Source of the DNA: Oopsacas minuta
Lineage: Eukaryota > Animalia > Porifera
Reading direction: 5' to 3'
DNA: 64,000 nucleotides
Assembly (NCBI GenBank): GCA_024704765.1
Contig: JAKMXF010000308.1
Coordinates: 124,001-188,000 of the forward strand
Shown here: positions 13,584 through 28,400 of the stretch, piece by piece
Position numbering within the stretch: position 1 is the stretch's first letter
Layout: the number at the start of each line of letters is the position of its first letter
The notes under the pieces: model-generated
Told to the model about the DNA's origin: nothing
Databases searched by the model: none
Seen by the model: the letters and a program-made list of their open reading frames with translations, nothing else
Made by a program: the position numbers and the translations under genes

Positions 13584-14541
13584 CTATTTGATAAGTTGTA
13601 ATAATTCAAAAATCAATTTTCCAATCCCATCATACACATGATGTAACGGAGCATTGCCCATAAAAGCAGGACACGTTACAATCCTATTAACATGATCTAT
13701 ATGAGTATCTGTAACTTCTTTGTAGAAGTGTATACCTCCCATATCTCTTATAGCTGCCACTGTACCGGCATAAGGCCACTTACCGTCTTCTTCAGATTCT
13801 CCTCCCACAGTTACTTCTACGTTACCTGTAATTAATGGTAAATAGAAATAATAGCTGGGATTTATACATAATTGTTAAATTCTACAAACCTAGTACTTTG
13901 GCTGCAATAACACTGCTAATACAACAGAAAGCAATAGGTTTGTTAGACCTATGAAAATCCTGCACAACTCTCTCAACTGCTGAGTTAACTCTACACTGAA
14001 TACCCTCAGTAGCAAATGTACTCAAGTTCTTAGCAGCTCCGAATCCGCCTGGAATTACCAGACAATCGAAATTATCGGCTGATAGTTTGGATAATGCTTC
14101 AATGTTTCCTCGAGCAATTCGTGCAGATTCAATTAGTACGTTTCTTTCCTCCGACATCTCAGCGCCTACATTAATGTAATTATAATAATTTGAATAGATT
14201 TATAGATTTTATTTATTATACAAATTTTAGTAATTAAATAACGAAAATGAATAACAATCTTAAATCTATGGCTAATTACCCTTTGAATGATCAATCACAT
14301 GCATTTGTTTGACATCAGGAGCAAACATGGATACATCTGTACCATGTCTGCTTAGATGTACAAGACAAGCTGATGCCTCATGTATTTCTGTACCATCATA
14401 TACCCCGGATCCTGATAATACCAGAGCTGCTCTCTTGTCGCGTAGATACGAACTTGTACTTAGGAATTTATTTGTATAGACATGTAAGAGACTACTCTGC
14501 AATGTGAACACTCCCCTCAACTTGTTAATTCTAGCTATCAT
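13584..14541 (-). CDS. GATD3: ES1/GATD3 (DJ-1/PfpI superfamily) protein, probably mitochondrial; exons 14541-14280, 14165-13890, 13825-13584; about 259 aa
   Basis: Motifs [60 protein letters not shown] introns of 114 and 64 bp join three track ORFs in frame. ATG at 14541 gives a basic presequence-like N-terminus ([10 protein letters not shown]) and follows an acceptor site. Confidence 0.92.
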
Positions 14542-14963
14542 AATAAGTGTAACTGAAATAACAAAAATAATACAAATATGCATTGTACGTAGGTACATTA
14601 AACCATTTCGTAATAACGAAGTGCTCGGAACACCGGATACATTGAATTATAAGCGAAGTAAATCAATTAATTTCAAGCTATAGGGGTAAAGATCACTCCA
14701 TTTAGGTTTGAAATGTGGTTCGGGTCGGCTTCTGAAAGGTGAACCCAATTCCAACTCTGCTTCGATATAACGGGGAGTTTATTGTAATAGTTTGCATGCA
14801 TGCAGTATGCTAGATCACAAATATTGAAGAAAGTATTATCCAGAACAAGAGCATAAACTTGATACGATTAGTGTAATCAATTCAGAAGGATGGAATTCAT
14901 TCAGAAATTGAATAGGAAATTATTTAACGATTAAAGTTAACATTAATCTCAAACTTTCTCAAA

Positions 14964-17900
14964 ATGAACTGGGTAGGCGGTACATTAAGTAGACTACGTG
15001 GAAGAGACGACAAGAAAATTCAGAGAGAATTCTTCGAGAAGAAAAGATACGAAAAGAATCTAGATAGTATTCCCATAGGAATGCAGTCACCTACGAAGAA
15101 GATAGAGTTGGCGATAAGTCAGGACCTGCTATCTCTACAAACTGTACTACATACTCATAGCGAATCTAACAACAGATTATACAAACAGTTCAAACATCCA
15201 AACATGTTAGATCTGAAACCAAAGTTAGGAATAAAGAGAACTATTTCTTATGATTTTCTACAAGAATCAGTTCTCAATGAGAAGAAACATAGAAATGAAG
15301 GATTCCAGGATTTAGAAACTCCGTCAAATTTCCTGGACATCAAAAAATGGAGAGGAGAATACAAACAGAGCAGAGCATTAGGATTATCAAAAGCGAATTC
15401 TTGCTTGCGTCAGTTCCAAGTGTCAGAACAGAATGTATTCCAAAGGGAGGGAGTAGATTACTGTGAGAAAGAGACTATTTATCCAAATGAGGAACATAAT
15501 TGTGATAGTATTATAGATGAAGTGGTAGCAGTAGAATCAGAGGATAATAATGATGTGAACAGGGAAAACGAAAGTTGTAAGTTATTAATTGTTAAATGAA
15601 GTACTAACAAGTAATAAGGGAGTAATTTTAGTATCAGTGATAATTTATAACTTATGTTAATAACAATCCAACTTTTCAAATATTTATAAATTATATATGC
15701 AAGAAAATATAAATTTAATGGCAGAAGAGTTTGAGTGATTTTTCGATTTATATTTTGTCCCAATTTACGTAGATATACAATGGAACAAGAAAGTGAGTAA
15801 AGAAGAACCGAACAATGCAACAGGTAACTCAAAGTGGTTAGAATTTCTATATGGTAAAAATAATGCTAATAGAGGAGAAATTATAGCTGAGACTACTCAA
15901 ACAGATCAAACAACACATAATTCTATTGTAAAACAGTCTCTTGTCTCTACCAACCCAACTACTAGTATTATACCACAAAGATTCATAAAGGAACACGGTA
16001 GTGAGGATTTGATGGAATTTGAACGTGAGAGCATATTCAGGAGTAAACCTGGTTACTCAGAAGATCCATTCTATCTAACATTATCTTCAAACAGGGACAG
16101 CTTCAAGGGATACAAGAGGCCTCGAATCGATACTTGTTCTAGCGGCTTAGCTGTTCATAAGGTTAACAGCGATCAGTATACAGGGTTCCTAGACGAGAGC
16201 GTATTTGCAACTCCAACAGAAGTGAATATCACAAGGCCTGATGGGAACTTGACAGAAAACCCTCTCCCATATTTTAACAATTCAGGGATGAAAAGCATAA
16301 GAGAATTCATACAAGATAAAACCGCAAAATATGATAAGTATCATGACGCTCTTACAGATGAGGAATTAATGGAAAACAGTGATGAAGACAGTAGTGAAGG
16401 AGAAACTATAGTAAATATTCCTAAAGTTAATTCAGGTAAATCAAGGTTTGTTGTTCCATTCGTTAAGAAGGAACCATCTCCCAAACTAGTGCCTGCACCT
16501 ATTGAAGAGAAACCACAAACTTCAAAATCCTATGACAGATTTCTACAATCTCTGGTTGCACCAAATAATTCGATGGAAAATAAAGCAAATATTAGCTCAA
16601 CAGAAAAAGTACAAAATGTTGATTATAATTCATTGGAAGAAACGAACCATCCTCTACTGCAAAATAACGATAATATTAATTCACTAATGATGCCAATAGC
16701 TGAATGGAAAGCGAAAGAACTAGCAATAGAGATAAACAGTCCAGTTGCTAAAGATTTGGTAGAAGAGCATTGCTATGAGCCAGTGACAGGAGAAGATAAG
16801 GGCATACTGAATGATGGAAGTTATGTATTAGAATGTAATGGTAATGCTGATGAGTATCTTGTAAGGAATAATGATAATAGTGCAGAGAAGACAGTCAGTA
16901 CTCATCTGGAAGCTGACACTAATATGAGTGAAACAAATTCTGATATTCAACTAGTAAGAGATGAGAATAACATAGGACTGGTGTCTAACAGCTCACAACT
17001 ACTTGATAACGAGTCTAATGGTAAGAGAAATGAACCCATAATACTTGAACAATATAATAATTATGGAGAGAAAAAAACAGGAAATAATGTATGTAAAACT
17101 GATACACAAAATATGGATGATTGTGTGAAAATAGAACACAGATTTGTAGAAAATGAAAATGAAATAGAAACAAAATCTATCTCTGAAGAAACGAATCTAG
17201 AAACCAATGCTATCATCAGAGATACTGACAACGATATTCTTGATTCACCAAATGAGATAGCTGCTACAACCAATAATGATTCTACGAATATTATGTCAGA
17301 AATTACAGAGTTACAAGCAGACAGTGATCCAATTATGGAGACTCTTAATCCTGATTTATTATGTAATGAAGACTCTAATAAGAATAATGGTATCACAAGT
17401 TACACTCAAGAAGTAGTGAGTGAGGAAACTAGTCACATAATTGGTAGTGATAGTAACCAAAATCATGGTACCCAGCAGGAGCCTAATCATAAACAAGAGG
17501 TAGGTAGTGGAGGAAATAGTCAAACATTTATTAATGGCGAAAATAATACAAAGAAAGATAGAATTGAACAAGAGCAAGTTAGTGAGGATACAAGTGAAAT
17601 TACAGACAATGAAAATAATACAAATAAGGAAGTAATACAGGATTGTATTCAAGACCCCGTGAGTGAAGAAACTAACAAAATTACTAACTGTGTAGATATC
17701 CAAGAGGTTGGTAGTGAAGAAGTGAAACCAAATGAGAATATTGAGAGTGATAATAGCTCTATTGAGATTGCTGAATTGGATGCAAGTGAAGAGAGCTGCA
17801 TACCTGGGGTTCAAGAAACAATAGTTACTTTTATGGATGTAAGTGTACAGTATTCTCAACAAGATAAGAATGTAGGTCCTATACCGGTAACAGAAGGTAA

Positions 17901-18225
17901 GGATTGTCAGACTTGTCTGGAAAGTATTGAGAAAGAACCTCAACTGGTGGATCATCAAACTCAAACAGAAGAACATATACAAAAGATTAACATCCTGGAT
18001 ATTACAAAAAGTAAAAAAATCCAAACAGAAGAATTGACTCACAACAGCATAGGAAATCAAACAGATATCCTACTAATAGAATTCCCAATAACATCTGATA
18101 ACGAGCAAATAATAAATACAAACGATAAATTAACGCAAGCTGAATATGAAAACTATATTATATACCAGCAACAGATCATCAGAGCTCTACAGGAAGAATC
18201 AAAATTGAAATATCCACTACAGTAG
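14964..18225 (+). CDS. Large acidic low-complexity protein with a REDIC1/C12orf40-like N-terminus; exons 14964-15576, 15773-18225; about 1021 aa
   Basis: Donor gtaagt at 15577 and acceptor tttacgtag at 15772 join the 211-aa and 810-aa ORFs in frame. MNWVGG..R...QREFFEK..SP....AISQDLLSL resembles the C12orf40/REDIC1 N-terminus from memory. The rest is Glu/Asn/Ser/Thr-rich. Confidence 0.7.
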
Positions 18226-19087
18226 CTAACCACTAGAGATGCAAATTTGTTTGTATAAAGCGAATTATCAAACATTACCCAATACATATATAAATAACCA
18301 ATAGCTAGTACAAAATTGTAACTGCAGATACCATGACGTATATTGTGTATACCATACCAAATATAAGAATATTATATCTAACATATGTGATTTGGTATAA
18401 ATTGGCTATTAGTGTGTGACGTTGTAGATGCCTCAGGAGGCGCAGATCATCCATGTAAACCATATATAGCTCCTCTTAGTATAATGACGAATTACACCTG
18501 AAAAGGTTATGGAATAAGGACAAACGAGTTCAAAAAATTCCTAGATCCCAGGGTAACCATAAGGGCTTGCAAAATAATATTTATCAACCCAAGATTGTGA
18601 GGGAGACTACTATGGCTGCAGTAAAAGGCGTAGCCGGGGTCTTTTTACCTGCTCCTTTTTAATTTAAAGAATCATGACGTAAATCATGCACCTCAAAAGG
18701 AGCACACTCCTAACTCCGGAAATGCTCTTTAGAGCGTGTTCATTTAATCTTCTAATAGTCTAATTATAATGTTTATAATGTATAATATAGTTGAATCCGA
18801 TTCGGGATACTAGCTGTTTTGAGCCAACGTGTCCAAATCTCAATCTTCCTTAATGAAGAACGTTAGGACTATCCTGATTAAAATATGTCCCGATTAAGCG
18901 GAGGAGAATGTATATAATAAAAAATAGAGATATATTTGATATTAGAATTTATTGTGATGCTGATTGGGAAAATATTACGTAAGTTATCTCAAATAAAACT
19001 AAATACAAAGTTAAAAACAAATAAAATATACAACAATAAATAATAAATAATTACAATTACACAAGAGATAACAGATGGTAAATCAGA

Positions 19088-22308
<3,221 letters not shown>

Positions 22309-22483
22309 TGTAATTCTCTACCAAATAAATTTAATAATATATTACTTGTGTAAGTTGTAACACTATATAATCAGCAATAAGGTATAATGAATTTATGTGC
22401 AAGATATGTAAGCATAAAGTAATATATTGTATATTCGATAAGAAGTTCTTTAATTATATTAATAATTCACCTTTTTTGCAAAA

Positions 22484-22486
<3 letters not shown>

Positions 22487-22555
<69 letters not shown>
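22487..22555. repeat. (AAT)23 microsatellite
   Basis: Perfect trinucleotide array seen directly. Confidence 0.97.
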
Positions 22556-22557
<2 letters not shown>

Positions 22558-23693
22558 TTATGAAGGTATTATTAAAGTATAAAGTTGTGAAGTATCATTT
22601 ATTATTGAATATTTATACTAAAGAACTATTATATTGAAAGTTACAACATTTTTGTTGCATCGCTGTTTTCTAATAAAATAGTCTGGCAACTAATGATGAT
22701 AAATCGAATCAATGAACAACTGAAACGGTTAATACAAAATTCATTCTTGATTTACGATTTTGAGAAAATAGATTATATATTGAATTTTCCAAAGAAAAAG
22801 ACTGACTTAAGTATTGGCCAATAACCAGTGGTCAGAGGAGGTGGATTGTAAGTTCAGGATATACATATATTTATTAAGTTTTCAGAATACCGACCAAATT
22901 ACGAGCAAAAATATAGAATCAGCAAATACTATTGTAACAACAATCAAATTGATTATATTCAAGAATCGAACAACAACTAAATGATTTCGTTAGTAGTTGG
23001 AAGTTCAAATGTGTTATAATTTAAGCTAACTGGTGAAGATAATGGGATAGGATATCCAACCAAAGTTGCAACAAATCATCAATTTCTGAGGATAAGTTAT
23101 TGAAATTCCAGAAGTTTAAAGATAGTTTCAATTAATTCATTTATTGCGGGAAAGCAGGGAAGTAACTTATTTTGGGATACCGAGAAGATAGTTAAATCAT
23201 TTTATGAATAAACAATTAACAAAATAATCATAAGGAATTGCATATACACAGAATACTGCATAAACAACAAGGGTACAAAACTATCCACAAATAATTCTAC
23301 ATATTTTCAGTAACTGTGACCTAGTATTCCAAGCTTAGATTTTACCGACATTGAGGTACATTAAAAACGGGTAGGGATCGTGAGAGTTATCTAGAAGGAT
23401 GGATACGTATTAACAATTGTTATATACAAAAAGATAGTCAATTCTACTTAATAGGGACAAACCACCTAGACCTGGGATAAATGTGTCCCAATGAAGCGGA
23501 GTCGACTGTATGAAATACTGAATAGGAAAAGGTAGAATAAGTGTGCATTCATATCAATAATGTAAATCAAACAAATAAAGTACTCAGTATAAGAAGGTAA
23601 TACTATTAGCAGTAACACGAGGTAATAGATCAGTTAAAAACCATTATAACAATTTGTATGTATGTGTTGCTATTGTTACAGTAGTCTAGCTTA

Positions 23694-24302
23694 TCAATCG
23701 AGTTCATCTTTATCTTCTATCTTGAGATCGTTCAGTAGTTCATCCATATCTTGTCCAGTAGGAGAATTCAGGGCCTTTACAATATCCATAAACTTGGATT
23801 GAAATTGTTTAGCGTTCTCAGTAGACTCAAAACGCAAGCATAAAGTTTCAGGATTAGGCTCTCCATCTGAAAAGTCTCCAGCTGTATACCATAACCAAGT
23901 CCTGTCATTTCCTACAATAGGCTTCAGGGCCATATCTTTAGTTATGAAATGGTTAGCGCATAGTTTCAATGTCTTATCGCGCCTCATTACAATCCTAACC
24001 TTCCCAGTATCTTTATCTTCCAGTAGCTTTACTGTACCTACTCCCCTCTCCTTCCAAACTGCAGGCTCATCATCATCATCTAGGGGCATACAGAATCTGT
24101 ACAGCTTGCCTCTTAGCTTGAGTATGTCATTCTCGTTTTCTTCCATAGAATCCATTTTCACTTCTGGGAGAGTTACGATTGGCTCAAATACAGGAGAGGA
24201 GGGAGAGCGTCCTTCTACCTGATCTTTCTTATCTTCTGTTTGAGTTGGAGTTGAGGGAGTTACTTCTTTGGATGAAATGATATTCTTTTCTGAGTCAGAC
24301 AT
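23694..24302 (-). CDS. RANBP1: Ran-binding protein 1 (single RanBD1 domain)
   Basis: FEPIVTLPEV, RGKLYRF, WKERGVGTVKLL, RIVMRRDKTLKLCANH, DFSDGEP, acidic C-terminus with NES-like LLNDLKI. Confidence 0.95.
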   Translation of the reverse strand: MSDSEKNIISSKEVTPSTPTQTEDKKDQVEGRSPSSPVFEPIVTLPEVKMDSMEENENDILKLRGKLYRFCMPLDDDDEPAVWKERGVGTVKLLEDKDTGKVRIVMRRDKTLKLCANHFITKDMALKPIVGNDRTWLWYTAGDFSDGEPNPETLCLRFESTENAKQFQSKFMDIVKALNSPTGQDMDELLNDLKIEDKDELD

Positions 24303-24459
24303 GATTGAACGATAATATTAGCTAATAAATAAAATACACTTCAATGCTCTGTAGAGAATCAACATTACTGAATCAGCCTTTATAAGAATTTATAATTCAG
24401 CACGATTGTGTACAATTTTGTAAATTATAGAAATAATCAAAATATAAAGATTAGTAAAT

Positions 24460-25107
24460 TTAATGAATAGTTTCAACATTATTCGATGACTTCGTAAATA
24501 AAAGAGGCGCCATTCCTAACGTACAACCCACTAAAATACCCAATACTCTCCCCCACAACACGGCAAGCTTAGTAGCTCTGAGTTTTGTCTGAGCAACAGT
24601 CAAATTGAGAGCTGGAAGACCCATAGACACGAATAAATTCTCGACTCTGTCTGCAATTCCTACACTACACATGTCTGCTAGGATGTTACCAATAGCTGCA
24701 GCTGTCATTGTTCCAATTCCAAGTGCCATTCGTATAATTAATTTCTCGATATATTGACCAGAAAGTATCATTATTGCGTTATCCAAGAATCCAAAAACTA
24801 TAAAAGGGAGGGCGGCCTGTAATGCTACTCTCCTAAGCTGGGGTCTAGTTGGAGGTTCTGCTAGCTTATCTTGTCTATCTGCAGGCAAGTCAATATGTTT
24901 TCTAAATCTTTTTAATGAATTAATAATATAATCTTGTTCCTTTTTTGTCCAAGAGTTCACGATATCATCAGAATCCCGACTGCTTTTAATCGGTATGTCC
25001 AGAGTAGTAGAAAGAGGGAATTTTGTTTTCTTTGTCCGAACAAACCAAAATAGAATAGAATTAGCTGGCTTGTGTAATGTTTTAGTTCGAGAAAGAATAT
25101 TCAGCAT
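24460..25107 (-). CDS. TMEM65: Transmembrane protein 65 (mitochondrial inner membrane)
   Basis: ALPFIVFGFLDNAIMI, TMTAAAIGNILAD, GILVGCTLGMAPL match the TMEM65 motifs; basic N-terminal presequence. Confidence 0.9.
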   Translation of the reverse strand: MLNILSRTKTLHKPANSILFWFVRTKKTKFPLSTTLDIPIKSSRDSDDIVNSWTKKEQDYIINSLKRFRKHIDLPADRQDKLAEPPTRPQLRRVALQAALPFIVFGFLDNAIMILSGQYIEKLIIRMALGIGTMTAAAIGNILADMCSVGIADRVENLFVSMGLPALNLTVAQTKLRATKLAVLWGRVLGILVGCTLGMAPLLFTKSSNNVETIH

Positions 25108-25469
25108 TTCAAAGAGAATTGATTCAATAGAATAAACTAGAATTATGATTGCTATCCTGCAAATGATTAAATAATATTAAGAAACAAAATTCACAAACAG
25201 GAAATAAATCAGGATTTATAAATCATACATTAGTTTGAATAAAATCTATTACCAAATATGTTAAATATCTTAGCACTTCGGATAATCGAGGATCAACTGA
25301 ATATTAGTCAAATTACAAAATTCAAAAGCATTTCATTGTGCACTAATTAGTTCCTATATTCAGCTATTTCATAAGTGATAAGATTCCAAGTAAACTAATA
25401 AATAAACTGAAGAATTGTAAAATTTTGATATGAATCGATTGAAAGATTGAACTATAAAGAGAATTAAAA

Positions 25470-28400
25470 TCAGAAATATTGCTGAATAGAATCTCCTAAA
25501 ATATTCTCAATTGTAGAAATCACAACTTGACATTGCTGCTCGACTTCTACTGACTCATCTTCCAAGAGTTCTGCTAGATAAGGTACAGCATCTGGTAACA
25601 CCTGTAGTAAATCATCTCTGAGTTGTTTGAAAAGAGAATCAAGAGTGAGTAGAGATGCGAATCTTATTTTAGGTGACGAGCTCTTTGAAATGATCAGAAT
25701 TTCAATTGTGAGTTCCTTTCTCATTCCTTCATGTTCAGCTCTCAATGCAAACTGAGCTAGACAAGGTATCAGATAGTTTTCAACTCTATCTTGATACACT
25801 GTAACTCCTCCGACAATATTAGTTAGCTGAGAGGAGAGAGAATGTTTCAATAAATCAAAATATTCTCGTGTGAGAACATGTTCTTGATCAAACTTGAGAC
25901 AAGTCTCTACACACTTTAGTATTTGGTTTAGTAATGCACTAGTTTGATTGCTATCTTCTGGGATTATTTGATTCTCCGGTTCTGTATCAGAATGTGTTCT
26001 ATTCAACACCTCTACAACATTCTCTACAAAATATATCAAGTATATTGAAAATATAGATTTCAATTTGTTAGCTAATTTGTATGAAAGTAGATAGAAAGGG
26101 ATAAGTCTCTGTGTATGAGAATCTTCATTAGTAGCCCATTCCCTAAGTTGTAAGTAGAGCGGTTTGAAAACACGCTCTGATAATTTCAATACAAAGTTTA
26201 CATAAACATTACCACAGGCCTCCTCAACCTGTGAGATAGCATCTACGCTCTCTGTCGTGACATTATTTCTAAACTCTAACGTATGAATGAGAATTTCATT
26301 TAAAGCTTTATGTGAGGTAACCAATTCACACTTATCTACGTACAGAAGACTTTCTTCTAGAATAGAGAGTAGATTAGTGAGTTTATCATACTCCGTCTCT
26401 ATAGCTGGTATAAGAGTAATCACGTTACTGAGGAGAATTCTAAAAGGTACATGTTTTGCAATAGAGCATCTAACCGTATCAAGCAATACGATTAACTCTT
26501 CTCTCTCCATGATTGCAGTACTGTCGATAGAGAGAGAGATTAATTCAGGTAGATATGGATTGAGGAAGTTAGCCAGGTGAGATAGAATTTGTGCGAATAA
26601 TGAAAGACAGCCACTAGCAGATGTATCATTTGAAATATTATCAGAGATAGATGTATTGTATCTCTCTATCAAGTAAGGGACAAGACCAGGTAGGTTTGGT
26701 ACAAGTTTAATATTCAGTATAACAACTAATTCACACATAACCATCAGCTTATCTGCGATAATTTCAAACATTCCATCATCACAATCACTCTGTACAGATC
26801 TCATTAGTCTCTTCCCAAATTTACGGAATTTATCTAATGCATCTGGGCCTAAGACTTTTACAATTAACTTAAGAGAGTGTAGAGCTAGTTTCCTAGCAGA
26901 TACACTACTCAGTTGCTCACAGGACAATCTTATTAAGAGAGGAGAGAGATCTGATAGTTGAGTGTGAGAGCTGAGTTGATTTCTTTCAAACCAGCTAGTC
27001 ACTCTCTTGGATAGAACTTCTAGCATTTTATCAGTAGTAGAAGATTCAAATTGATCTGGTATCCTCTTGAATAACGTTACGAATTGTTCTATAGAAAGTA
27101 ATGCCATTGCGTTATCTAACAGTTGTATAAGGACTGTATTATGGCCTGAAATAGAATTCTTTTCGAAATAATGTAATCCAAATTCTATAATCTCACAAAT
27201 ATACTCATCTACTTCAATACCCCCACTTCTAGCGTATTCAACTTTCTTAACAAACAATTTGTTCTGAATGTAATTTGTCTCAAATTCTATTATCTGAGTA
27301 GAGAATTCTAGAATTTGCTTTTCAGAGAGATCTTGTAACATATTAGTGTTTTTGTTGTAATCTACAGATTTACTGGTTGATTTATTGAAGGATACAACTT
27401 TATCCAGGAATCTAGAGATCCCTAGTAATGTTGATAACTGTGTGTCTATATCAAAGTTAGCTAGTAGAGATTTAGCAAAAGAGGTTTTTGCCTTCGAGCT
27501 AGATTGATCGATACTATCCTTTAGTAGCAGTAGTATAACAAGCAAGTACATATATTGGGTAGCTCCTAATACAGTAGTTAGATGAGCGTAGAGGGCTAGA
27601 CGTCTGTGAGATGGTATGTGAGGAAATGCATCAACGAATACTTGCAGGACAGTACTGATGAGGCTGATGACTGGTTTATCCACACCCTCTACGTTAATGA
27701 GAGGCGGGACTAGAGTCTCAATAGCCTGGAGGATAACCTGGAAAGAGTACCCGTCATCATTCCGCACCATACTGCTACCCATGAATGTGAATATAGGCAT
27801 TATATTGTGTATAATACGATCTGGCATTAGCCTAGCGGCCTCTGATAGAAGGAAGTACCCTTGTACTTGCACGTGTACACTAACTGAACTCTGTATTGTA
27901 CGTATTATTTGAAGTACATCAAATTTAGATTCAAAAATGGATAGTTTTAAAGGTGAAACTTGCTTAGTAGCATTAGTCATGAGAGAGAATAACAAATTAT
28001 TGTTGTAGTCTAAAGAAATAGAATCGATAACATCAGACCATCTCTGTAAAACAGATAGAATCTGGAAGTAGAGAGGGATAGTATATTCTATGTTACGTAA
28101 CTGACACTTGAGTAATAATTCTAATATAGAAGATAGGATTTGATTTGATTCTTGAGGAGGTAGTGAATTGCCATTACAAATTGGTTCAGTTCTCTTCTTC
28201 TTCTTAGCAGGAGATGGAGTTAACTCTACGTCATTTCTATTTATTTCTATTTCAGCATTGTGTTTAAGAATATGAGCTATAAGCCCTGGATTTAATTGTA
28301 AATTACATATAACCTCTCTAGCGGTGACTTTAGTAGAATCTAGGTAGAGAGCAGTTTGATTGATAACTATATTGAATAATATCGATAAGAAAACTGCTTG

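Noticed and set aside
17061-18060. Minus-strand ORFs of 111 and 233 aa
   Set aside because: Antisense shadows of the low-complexity REDIC1-like exon with no independent motifs. The same applies to the shadow ORFs inside HEATR1, CHERP, the RING-3CxxC gene and the hAT transposase.
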